A stretch of DNA of 64,000 nucleotides from Chiloscyllium plagiosum. Taxonomy: Eukaryota. Position 1 is the first letter of the stretch. Each line of letters begins with the position of its first letter. Of this stretch, positions 37,907-48,612 are shown in pieces. Where the stretch lies: NCBI RefSeq assembly GCF_004010195.1, contig NC_057718.1, positions 25,944,508 to 26,008,507 on the forward strand, written 5' to 3'. Below the pieces are notes generated by a model that saw only the letters and a list, made by a program, of their open reading frames with translations, did no database searches and was not told where the DNA came from. The translations under genes were made by a program, and so were the position numbers.

Positions 37907-38096
37907 TTGGTCAGGCCATATCCAAGGAACAGAAGAATCGACATTTTGGGCATAACCCCTTCATCGTGACAAAGCTGATTAAGGGCTTATGCCTGAAGCA
38001 TTGATTTTCCTACTCCTCGGATACTGCCTGACCTGCTGTGCTTTTCCAGCTTTTTGACTCTGATCTCCAGCATCTACAGTCCTCACTTTCTCCGAG
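37907..38096. mobile_element. Partial palindromic family-A insert in the Harbinger relic
   Basis: TSD ttgatatat(c/t)catg at 37893-37906 and 38097-38110. Confidence 0.75.
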
Positions 38097-38564
38097 TTGA
38101 TATATTCATGGGTTGCGAGATTGAGAGATCCCACACGGCTCCCCAGTGGATCCTTGGAAACAGTAAATGCATAAAGATTTAGCACAAATGGCATCCTTGA
38201 TAATGACTGAGATAGGATGGCCACCCACCCCCCAGGTTGCAGATCCCATTCCAGTTGTTGGTATAGATTGGTGATGGTGTCCTGGCTCAATTTCAGTGGC
38301 AATGTGCCTTGCTCATCTGGAGGGTTAGACATTGAGGAAAGACAGATTCTTATCCTCCTGTACATCCTGAGGAAACCTCCAGCTGCAACCCCATCATTTG
38401 GACTCTGTTTGGCAGCTGCTGGAGGTTGCTGCTGGTTCTGGGTTTTCCAGCGCATCTACTGCTCTTCAATTTCTCTGCAACTTCTTTGTACTGCAGCTAC
38501 AGCAATGATGGCCCCTGTTGTGACTGTGTCCATTGGTCACAGTTCCAGTTAATCTGTGTGGGGA

Positions 38565-39445
38565 AGATCAGAAACAGAACAGGGTCTTAGTAACGTGAGT
38601 TGTCTGTGTTTTTATCACTCACAAATTACAGTATAGTGACATTCCTTATGTATTGGGACACAGAGGACTCCAACAAGGAGGGTCGTGGAATACCTCTACA
38701 CGTAGTTTTGAAGCAGGAGATTTTATTCCAATATATGCAGCACAAGTCATTGCTACGCAAGTACATTAGGAGATTGCAAATGTGACAGGATTACTGAACC
38801 TCTCCCAAACAACACCCACATCCCCCAAAAAGGCTGTACTGCATATAAGAGCATGTTGGTAAATACTTGTTAGTTCAAGTTGAGAGGAAATCAGCTCCAA
38901 GTCTTTGATTTTCTTTGTATGTAGTGACTTACAAGTGGCACTTTTAAGAATGGGCTGGTGATTACTTTTGCTGGGTTACTTCTGCAAGAGGCTGGAACCA
39001 TTGGTCATAGTTCCAATGAACCTACTCGGAAATATCAGAAACAGAACAGATACTTAGCAATATGAACTGTCAACATTACTTCACAAATAAGTCACAGTTT
39101 AGTATTGTCCTTGGTGCAGTGGGACATACCTGATTCTGACAAGAATATCTATAGAATGCCTCCCCATAGATCTTCAACATAGGGATATTATACCACTGTA
39201 TGCAGTGCAATCCATATCCCATGAATACAGTGGAAGATTGTAAGTGCTGTTTGATTACTGATACCTTGTGCTCCGAACTCCACACCACCCCTACATCTCC
39301 CCAAAAAAGGCAGAATTGCATATAAGAGCACTTTGGTGAATACTTACAATTCAATGTGACATGACATCAGCTCCATGTCCTTGTGCAGTCTTTGAGATTG
39401 TGGACAGTCTTGTGTGAATTGTGACCTGTAGGTGGCACTTTTAAG
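38565..39445. repeat. Diverged direct repeat pair (about 38565-38950 and 39035-39445)
   Basis: Shared blocks in the same order: atcagaaacagaacag; cacaaat; ccaaaaagg; tgcatataagagca; aatactt; atcagctcca; gtggcacttttaag. Confidence 0.75.
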
Positions 39446-40239
39446 GTCACCTGTAATTACTTCTCCTTCACAGAGATGACCATGATCAATCTGTAACAAT
39501 CAGTGACATGATCAAGGTTGCCAGGATTTGTATCCCACTCAGTTGGTCAGTACATGCATTTCTCAGAACAGGGTCCTGGGATTACAGTATCTTCACCATC
39601 TTGTGTGTAAGTGTCTGATTAAAGCAATTGCCCCTTGAAGGCCCTCACACCACTCAAGAGCAGCGCCCTTGAGTTCAGACAGAAGAACCGTGCCCACTCT
39701 GGGTGTGGTTGCAGACATTTTCCTTTTCCATTGTGGTCATGTGTGGTGCATTAAGTCATGGGTTCAACCTGGTATTAAAGTACTCTCTTGAATTTTCATG
39801 TTCCTTCCTTTCTTGCACTCTCTGTTGAGTCCATCGGTACTGAGCTTCTACATTTCTCCCACAAGTCTTTTATTTGCAACTTCATCTTCCAAACAATCCC
39901 CCAAACCCTGTTTCTGAGCTTAGCCATTCCAACCATTATGCTGCACTGTCACTCCCATTGAAGCCAGAATGGTCATGACAATCAATAACTCCTCCACCCA
40001 ACTCACAGTAACCTATGTCCTTTAATGTGCTATAATCTCATCTTTTTGATGTGAGGTTGCTCCCATTCACAATTCCTAATATGTTGTCTCTAGTCCCCAT
40101 GATTCACTTCCCCAGCTTCCCTGCCACAACAGTGGCCCCAATAGCCTCTGTTTGGCTTCCAGTGAGCAGAGAGCCAGGACTGACCATTGCACATAACCTG
40201 ACCAACTTGAATGGACATCTTGCTGACCGGGCCCCTGCC

Positions 40240-40490
40240 TGATCCCTGTAGAGCTTCCCAACTGTCCGACTGTGAACTTCCAGACTGAACTCATAACTGA
40301 TGTGGCACATTCCCCAGATTGTAGTGATAGAGAACCCTGAACCTGACCACCACAAATAGCATATTAAGTGTGTCCAAGCCCCTTAGATTGGATGTTGCTC
40401 TTGACCAACTGTGGTGACACCCCTGATTGATGAGAGTCCCAGTGACCTGATTGAAAACTAGTCGCCTTAGACTTTGAATCATTGGTCATT
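40240..40490 (-). pseudogene. Possible second, very decayed Harbinger transposase 5' remnant
   Basis: QSLRRLVFNQVTGTLI...LFVVVRFRVLYHY resembles QCLRRLRF...VT.LC...LPVAVKV.VAL.FY. Confidence 0.3.
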
Positions 40491-41071
40491 GACTGCAGCA
40501 CATGCAATGTGTTTGTGAAATGCTGGCATGTGTTCTAGGTGTGACATTGACATAGCACGGTGCCACAGAGTAACATGTCCACTCCCATGACTGATGATAA
40601 GTTATGGGAGTGGCAAGCAGCTTGGCTTTGTGCGCGGATTAAAAGGCAAGATCAGACTTAATGTGAAATAATGTGAACTTTTAAGAGCAAGTGAGTAGCC
40701 TGAGGTGTACCGTAGTTTGATCCAGGGTTTGTGTACTTATCCATGTCTGGTAGATATCTGATTAACAATGCAACGTAAGGTGTTGGTGGATTCCTAAGTG
40801 CAGTGCTGAAGCACTGAACTGTGTTCCAAGTTAGTTCAAAAATTGCTACCATGGTGTTGTGAAGATGGTGCACATCTGATGCTAAACTCTGTGGATGAGA
40901 GATGGAGGGGAAATGGGAAGTGAGAGGCAGTCATTGTCCATGGTGTATAACCTGAGATGTTGGGGATTGTTGTCCAAAATGGTAGCGGTCAGGAGCAAGC
41001 GATGAGCTGATGCTGCCAGGTATCTGGTCAGACTTTCACATTGGTTTCATAACTGTCCAGTTTCACTCCGA

Positions 41072-42335
41072 TGAATTGAACTGAATTGAATTTATTGTCA
41101 TGTGTACTGAGGCACAGTGAAAAGCTTTGTCTTGCGAGCAATACAGGCAGGTCACATAGTTAAAAGCATAGATAAGTAAATAATAGATAAACAGCGGCAA
41201 ACACCAAAGCACAGGTACAGGCGAATGCTCAGAGTTTGTGGGTCCATTCAGTATTCTAATAATAGTAGGGTAGAAACTGTTATGAAACCATCTGGTGCAT
41301 GTGTTTAGGCTTCTGTACTCTCTCCCTGATGGTAGAGGTTGTAGAAAGGCGTTGCCAGGGTGGGTTGGATCTTTGAGAATGCTGGCAGCCTCTCCTTGAC
41401 AGTGGGCCTAGTAGATGGATTCTATAGATGGGAGGTTGGCCATTGTGATTGTCCGGGCTGAGTTCACCACTCTCTGTAACTGTCTCCGATCTTGAATGGT
41501 ACAGTTGCCATACCAGGTAGTGATACATCCAGACAGAATGCTCTTGATGGTGCACCTATAAAGGTTGGCAAGGGTATTCGTCATCATGCCAAATTTTCTC
41601 AGCTGCCTGAGGAAGAAGAGACGTTGTTGGGCCTTTGTAACCAGTAGGTCCAAATAAAGGGTCCAAGAATGCTTGTTGTTGATAACCACTCCCAGCAGCT
41701 TGACACTCTCCACTCGTTCCACCTCTATGCTGTAAATGTGTAGGGGGACATGAGTAACACCCCGCCGAAAGTCAATAATGAGTTCCTTGGTTTTGCCGGC
41801 ATTGAGAGCTAGGTTGTTCGCAGTGTACCATTTTTCCATGTCTTCCATCTCCCGTCTGTAGTCTGTTTCGTCGCCATCTGAGATTCGACTGACTATGGTG
41901 GTGTCATCAGCGAACATGTAAATGGCATTCGTCTGGTATTTGGCGACGCAGCCATGGGTGCAGAGTGAGTACAGTAGTGGGCTGAGTACATACCCTGGGG
42001 GCTCCAGTGTTACGTGTTGATGAGGCTGAAATATTCTCTCCAATCTCCACTGTTTGTGGCCTGTGGGTCAGGAAACTAAGGATCCAGTTGCAGAGAGTGG
42101 GGCTTAGAATGAGATGACTAAATTTAGTAATCAGTCTTGAGGGGATAGTACTGTTGAAGGCTGAACTGTAGTCAATGAGAAGAATTCTTACATAGCTGTT
42201 CTTGGTGTCAAGATGTTCTGGGGAGCAGTGAAGGGCAAGTCATATGGCATCTGACGTGAATCTGTTGGTCCGATAAGCAAATTGGAAAGGGTTAAGAGTC
42301 GTGGGGAGGCTGGGGTTAATTAGTGCCATGACCAG
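41072..42335 (-). mobile_element. Rex1/Babar-type LINE, 5' truncated
   Basis: LIDYSSAFN, VLSPLLYSLCTHGC, FADDTTIV, LALNAGKTKELIIDFRR, KAQQRLFFLRQL, SILSGCITTWYG; tail ttttcactgtg...catgacaataaa(ttcaa)n. Confidence 0.9.
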
Positions 42336-45020
42336 AGAGAATTAGAAACTGCATATAAATGAGGTGAGAGTTAAGTGAATGAAAGCAAACAGGCCTCTTG
42401 CTACTTATTAGCAAGAGTCTGACCTTGTAATTCAAAACCCAGTTGCAAAATCAGACTTTAATTCTCAAAATTGAGAATCTCCTTTTTCCAATCTTGCAGT
42501 ATTCTCCCAACTGCCAACCAAAGAAAATTCAACCCATGTAACCGTTTGGAGCAGTGTTGTGGATATTTTCTGAGACAGTGTGGCACCATGAGTGTTTGTG
42601 CTGAGAAAGGAGAGACACGACAAACATGAAGCATGTCTCACCATTTCACTCTGAGTGAAAAGCTAAAAAGCTTTGAGACTCGAAAGAACAAACTCTAATA
42701 CAAGAGAAGCCGAGGTTCACCCAATCAAAGACCGAATTGAAGATGGAGCATTGTCTCCAGACAACATGGTGTCACCATCACTAAAGCAAAATGAAAAGAA
42801 CTGTGATAAATTACCTTCCATCCTTGTGGTCAGGACATTTGTTTACCGTCTTCATATTTTTGAACCTATAGTATTTATGTTGAAGTATCTGCTTTTTCTC
42901 TGTCTTATGCTTAAATGAATGAGTCTGAGATTGTGGTGTTAAAGGATGTAGCTTAAGTCACATAGCAATAAATCAATTATCACTGTTTTCACCATTTGAT
43001 AAAGAATAATAATAAATGAAGTCATTTTCCTGATAATGATCAAAACTGATGTGAATTGTTTTTGTCCTGAATAACAGTCAGTCAAGCAAATTAATCATCT
43101 TGGTGTATACAGTAGTTGGGTACATATTTGTTTGTGACAGCTTGTAGAACAGTGGGCTTTGATTATCAACACACTCTTCCCAAACTGAGTTGTGGCAATA
43201 TGGAAATATTTTCCAGATGCATTTTCAGGCTTGAATGAAACAAGTTAATATTGTGACCAAGTTGTACAAGTTATTATTATTGTTATTTGGAATTTGGATC
43301 TTAAACGAGTTTTTGGTTTCAGCTTCATGAAGTTGACTGTCATTTTTAAGAAGTTAGAAAGTGATTTGGATTTTAAACTGACAGTAAACTGAATAGTGAA
43401 TTTCCAAGAAAGCATTAAAGTTAAGTGCCCAGAAAGATGACGGCAATGTTATGTTCAGAGCTGCTGAGCTTTTCCAGCAAATTCTGTTGTTGTTAGGAAT
43501 AGTCTGTACCAGTGAAAGGTGCACTTACAGAGAACAGTATTAATTACAATAGTGTAAATAAAAGTGTTTGCAGGAACATACCAGTGTCAGACAGCTGTCA
43601 CTTATTGGCAAGGGGAAACCTAAATAGCAGAGGAGACAAAGATAGCCACTTCTCTGATGTGCAAAGTATATCCCTGAGTCTCAAGCCCCATGGCAATGCA
43701 TTTCAGTTAAAGCAATTTAATGTGTCTCTTTCAAAAGAGAGCTATACAGCATGCAATGCAGTACAGGCGTGGAAGTGATAAGGACAGGAGTAGGTTAAAA
43801 GGATCAAATATTTCTTCTGAGAAGAGGGGTTACTGGGGAAAATAGCAGCCTGGAATGGAAGAGAATAGATGAAGAAATGAATGATATTTTGCAATGCTAT
43901 TTAATTGGGGGTCATGAAGCAAAACTTTTCATACAGGAGACTATTCACATTCAACCCTTCCATCAATGCAACAGGTTAAATAAAATAAGCGGACTTCATG
44001 TTAGAGTATGCTGTATTAACCCAGCAAAGAAATTAGATATAGTCGTCTTTTTGTGAGAAATAGCTAATGGCAGAAAAAGATTGTTCTCAATGACTGGAAA
44101 AAGATCCACCTTAACCATTGTCCGATGCAAATGAAAATGTGAAAATCAAAGTGGAAACCAGATACTGAAGGAGTATTCAGTTAATTACACTGAAGCTGTT
44201 TGTTCAATGCCTCTAGCACCTTGTTATAATGCTTCTCCTCATTTAATGCTTTGAAGCCATGAGAAACAGATTCAAGTTAAAGAAAAAAATGAGATTGTAG
44301 CCTTTGTATATTAATGAATTATCTTATTTTCAATTAGTCTTAATTAGAACAGATTGTAAGCTTAGCGCAACTGTCCTTGATCTCTATACAACTGTTTCAA
44401 AAGGATGGTTGGTGCTAAATTCTAGTAAATTTAAAAAGAGCAAGATGAATATTTGAACATTCATGGTTCAGACCTAAATTGAGTTTAAATTTTCTTTGAC
44501 AGCTATTGGGCTCATAACTAATTTATGTGGGCAAATTGTTTTCAGCATTCACTCTGTCCTAAAGACTCATTGTTTTTGACATAGGATGTTACTAAACCCC
44601 AGCATCAGGGGACTGGTAAAGCTGCTGGGAGCCTGGTCAGATTAGCTCCTTGACACTATACCATTGCCAGAGCATTTTGTTGACTGGACGTAGACAGAGT
44701 AGTTCCATTTGCAATGCACAATAAGCTAAATGCACAAGCTGCCACCAACAGCCTGGGAAGAATGTTTTAATGGAACAAAGAAAGGATCGTGGAAAGGAAA
44801 GGCATCCTTTGATAATAGCAAACCTACTATTGCTTTACAACAGAGCTGATTACAATCAGAAGAAGGTACCCTGTTGTATTTGTTTCCATTAAAAGCAATT
44901 TTAATGTCAAAACTAATGGTCAGTTCAGCTAACTCAACGCACACTGGAGCTTGCATCCAGAGCCTTTTGGTTCAATATCAGATCATTAGTGTGGTTACTT
45001 GTTGTGACATTGTGGTAGAT

Positions 45021-45290
45021 GGGCGGCACGGTGGCAAAGTGGTTAGCACTGCTGCCTCACAGCGCCAGAGACCTGGGTTCAATTCCCGCCTCAGGTGACT
45101 GTGCGTGTGGAGTTTGTACATTCTCCCTGTGTCTGCGTGGGCAACCCTCCGGGTGCTCTGGTTTCCTCCCACAGTCCGAAAATGTGTAGTTTACGTGAAT
45201 TGGCCATGCTAAATTGCCTGTAGTGTTAGGGGTCTGGGTCGGTGTGGACTTGTTGGGCTGAAGGGCCTGTTTCCACACTGTAGGTAATCT
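45021..45290 (+). mobile_element. HE1-like SINE
   Basis: gggcggcacggtggc...gttagcactgctgcctcacagcgcc...gggcctgtttccacactgtag. Confidence 0.88.
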
Positions 45291-45344
45291 AGTATGTATA
45301 TAAATATGCAAAGTATAACAGTTATATATTTGTCACTTATTTGA

Positions 45345-45555
45345 TTTATTGTTGTCACATATAAGGAGATACAGTGAAAACTGCTGTTTGCGTGCTATAC
45401 AATCAGATTGTACCATACAAAGTGCATCAGGGTAGCAGAACAGAATGTTACAGCCACAGAGAAGGTGCAGACAGAGAGAGAGATCAGAATTAGTATATGA
45501 GAGGTTCGTTCAAAAGTCTGATAGTAGCGGAGAAGAAACTGTTCTTGAATCTGTT
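45345..45555 (-). mobile_element. Rex1-like 3' tail fragment
   Basis: tttattgttgtcacat...acagtgaaaa...gaagaaactgttcttgaatctg, similar to 41088-41295. Confidence 0.55.
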
Positions 45556-46070
45556 TGTTGATCTCCCTGGAGAATTTGCCCTCTGACCCTCAACCCCATG
45601 AATTTGCTGCAATTTCATTTACTTACCTGACCTCTTAGTGAGGTTCCGCTTTCCTCAACAGTTGCAACTTCTCATGGCAATGCTGCTGAGGCTTCAGAAG
45701 CCAATTAAGAGACCTCCTGCGGTAAAATTGCTTCGTACATCCTGCTGGCAAGAATTGGCTCAGGACATACCTTTCATCTCAATATCACTGTCTCAAGCAA
45801 CTTTGTAAAATTCAACCTGTACTGACCTGCAGCTTTTGGGATCTTGTCAACTGTCTCTTTTGTATTTGTGAAGGCATGCTATTTAACTGTACACCCAACT
45901 CAAACCTGCTATTATCTGACATCCATGATTTACAAAAGGGCTGATTACAATCAGAAGGAGGTATTCTGCTGTATTTTTCACCTTTTTAACCCAGGGTCGT
46001 AGAAAAGCAATATTAATGTCCAAACTAATGATCAGTTCAGCCAACTCAATGCACACTGGAGCTTGCATCC

Positions 46071-47250
46071 AAAGAACATAAGAACTAGGAGCAAAAGTAG
46101 GTTGTCTGGTCCTTCGAGCCTGCTCCACCATTCAATAAGATCATGGCTAATCTTTTCATGAACTCAGCTCCACCTACCAGCATTTTCACCATATCCCTAA
46201 TTCCTTTATTTTTCAAAAAAGTATCTACCTTAGCTTTAAAAGCGATTACTGAAGTAACGTCAACTACTCCCTGGGCGGGAATTCCAAAGATTAACAACCC
46301 TCTGGGTGAAGAAGTGCCTTCTCAGTTCAGTTCTAAACCTGCTCCCTCTAATCTTGAGGCCATGCCTTCTTGTCCTAGTCTCACCTACCAGTGGAAACAT
46401 CCTCTCTCTTTTTTGTCAATTCCCTTCATAATTTCATATATTTCTATCAGATACCCCCTCATTCTTCTAAATTCCAATAAATATAATTGCAGTCTACTCA
46501 GTCTCTCCTCATAAGCCAACCTCTTCAACTCCAGAATCAACCTAGTGAACCTCCTCTGCACCCCCTCCAGTGCCAGTACATTCTTAAGTAAGGAGACCAG
46601 AACTGCACACAGTACTCCAGGTGTGGCCTCACCAGCATCATGTACAGCTGCAACATTAGCCCCCTGCTTTTAAACTCAACCACTTTAGCAATGAAGCACA
46701 AAATTCCATTTGCCTTCCTAATTACCTGTTGTACCTGAAGACCAACCTTCTGCGATTCATGTACAAGGACACCCAGATCTCTCTGCACAGCAGCACGCTG
46801 CAACTTATTACCATTCAAGTAATAACATATTTTGCTGTTACTCCCACCAAAATGTATGGCTTCACATTTACTAACATTGTTTTCCATCTGCCAGACCTTT
46901 GCCCACTCACTCAATGTATCTAAGTTCCTCTGCAAAGATTCACAGTCCTCTGCACACTTTGCTCTGCCACTCATCTTGATGTCATCGGTAAATTTTGACA
47001 CTGTACACGTGGTCCCCAACTCCAAATCATCTATATAAATTGTGAATGATTGTAATCCCAACATCAACCCCTGAGGCACACCACTGATTAGTCACTGATT
47101 ATCAGCCAGAATAGAACTCATTTATCCCCATTCTTTGTTTCCTGTCAGTCAATCAATCCTTTATCCATGCTAATATTTTGCCCATAATGCCATGCATCCT
47201 TATTATGCAGCAGCCTCTTGAGCGGCACCTTGTCAAAGGCCTTTTGAAAA
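46071..47250 (-). mobile_element. CR1 3' fragment
   Basis: ORF 46537-47079: SKFTDDIK, QRDLGVLVH, LVRPHLEYCVQFWSP; (ttcttatg) tail. Confidence 0.9.
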
Positions 47251-47429
47251 GAGCCTTTCAGTTCAAGATCAGATCATTAGTATGATTACTTGTTGACACA
47301 TTGTGGTAATTAGTACATGTATATAAATATGTAAAGTGGAACAGTTATGTATTTGTCACTTGTCTGACCATACAATGACTCATAATATTCAACATTTTGA
47401 CTTCTGTGTCTTTTTTCTTTATTTGCTAG

Positions 47430-47631
47430 GTCATTTTCTTTTTCTGAATGCATCACAGTATACAACTTTCCCATTGCTAAGTCCATGGTTGACAAGCATC
47501 AGTGAGCGCTGCACCTTGGAAATGGCCATTTATCTGCAGGACTCAAGGACAGGGGAATATGTTGTTCAGCTACTTCACAGCAACGAAAGCAGAACACTCT
47601 TCATGTCATCAGAAAGTGAGGCAAGAACAGG
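47430..47631 (+). CDS. ALK: Internal coding exon of an ALK/LTK-family receptor tyrosine kinase, MAM domain 1 segment (equivalent to ALK exon 4)
   Basis: Polypyrimidine tract and acceptor (tcttttttctttatttgctAG, AG at 47428-47429); donor ACAGG|GTAAGC. Length 202 bp, phase 1 to phase 2. Encodes (G)HFLFLNASQYTTFPLLSPWLTSISERCTLEMAIYLQDSRTGEYVVQLLHSNESRTLFMSSESEART(G). This aligns ungapped over 68 aa (about 24 identities) to the human ALK exon 4 peptide as I recall it (GSFLLLNTS...ILSPWMRSSSEHCTL...GRYIAQLLPHNE...KHG), which I recall also being 202 bp. MAM-containing LTK not excluded. Confidence 0.85.
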
Positions 47632-47694
47632 GTAAGCCATATTTCCAATCTTTGTCCAGTACAAACTGTCAAATCTGAACTTCTCACCAAAATC

Positions 47695-48612
47695 TAATAA
47701 CTTGGATGTGAACAAAGGAGGTATGGTTAGTAAGTTTGCAGATGACATCAATATTGGGTGGTGTAGTGGACAACAAAGAAGGTTACCTCAGAGCACAACG
47801 GGACCTTGATCAGATGGGCCAGTGGGCTGAGTGGCAGATGGAGTTTAATTTAGATAAATATGAGGTGCTGCATTTTGGAAAGGCAAATCAGGGCAGGACT
47901 TATACACTTAAATGTAAGGGCCTGGGGACTGTTGCTGAACAAAGAGACCTTGAAGTGCAGGTTCATAGCTGCAGGTAGATAAGATAGTGAAGAAGGCGTT
48001 TGGTATGCTTTCCTTTATTGATCAGTGCATTGAGTGTAGGAGTTGGGAGGTGACGTTGTAACTGTATCAGACATTAGTTAGGCCACTTTATGGAATACTC
48101 TGTGCAATTCTGGTCTCTCTGCGATAGGAAGGATGTTGTGAAATTTGAAAGGGTTCAAGCAAAGAATTACAAGGATGTTTCCAGGCTTGGAAGGTTTGAG
48201 CTACAGGAAGAAGCTGAACAGGCTGGGGCTGTTTTCCCTGGAGCGTCAGAGGATGAGGCGTAACCTTATAGAGGTTTATAAAATCATGAGGGGCATGGAT
48301 AGGATAAATAGACAAGGTCTTTTACCTGGAATGCAGGAGTCCAGAATTAGAGGGCATAGGTTTAGGGTGAGATGGGAAAGATTTGAAAGGGGCTTAAGGG
48401 ACAACGTTTTCACACAGAGGATGGTACATGTATGGAATGAGCTGCCAGAGGAAGTGGTGGAGGCTGGTACATTTACAACATTTAAAAGTCTTCTGGATTT
48501 AGAGGGATATGGGCCAAATGCTGGCAGATGGGACTAGATTAATTTAGGATATCTGGTTGGCAAGGACAAGTTGGACCGAAGGATCTTTTCCATGCTGTAC
48601 TTCTTTCTGACT
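47695..48612 (+). mobile_element. CR1/HER1 3' fragment starting about 65 bp after the exon donor
   Basis: SKFADD, WQMEFN, RLGLFSLERQR, FTQRMVHVWNELP. Confidence 0.9.

Larger units (their letters stand above)
37150..38400 (-). pseudogene. Decayed PIF/Harbinger transposase (HARBI1-like)
   Basis: RMYRR...LKLSQDTITNLYQQLEWDLQP; VLNLYA..FQG; GWSPGDMGYPL*TWL; TRAIVEQLMGLQKLRLSCLHQPGATMQYSPVEVCHIF; interrupted by two Penelope inserts. Confidence 0.75.
44798..47367. repeat. Local direct duplication of about 270 bp (copy 1 at 44798-45344 with a SINE; copy 2 at 45870-47367 with a LINE)
   Basis: gctgattacaatcagaag, aaactaat, cacactggagcttgcatcca|gagcctt, atcagatcattagt, tgtatataaatatg and tatttgtcactt occur in both copies. 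Confidence 0.85.

Noticed and set aside
42360..43200. Possible solo LTR
   Set aside because: Composition is suggestive, but I could not identify TG...CA ends with a TSD
45021..45095. tRNA-like A/B boxes here and at other SINE heads
   Set aside because: They continue into SINE bodies and tails; not tRNA genes
47336..47635. 99-aa single-exon ORF
   Set aside because: Its N-terminus is intronic polypyrimidine tract and its stop is the TAA inside the GTAAG donor; only 47430-47631 is supported as coding
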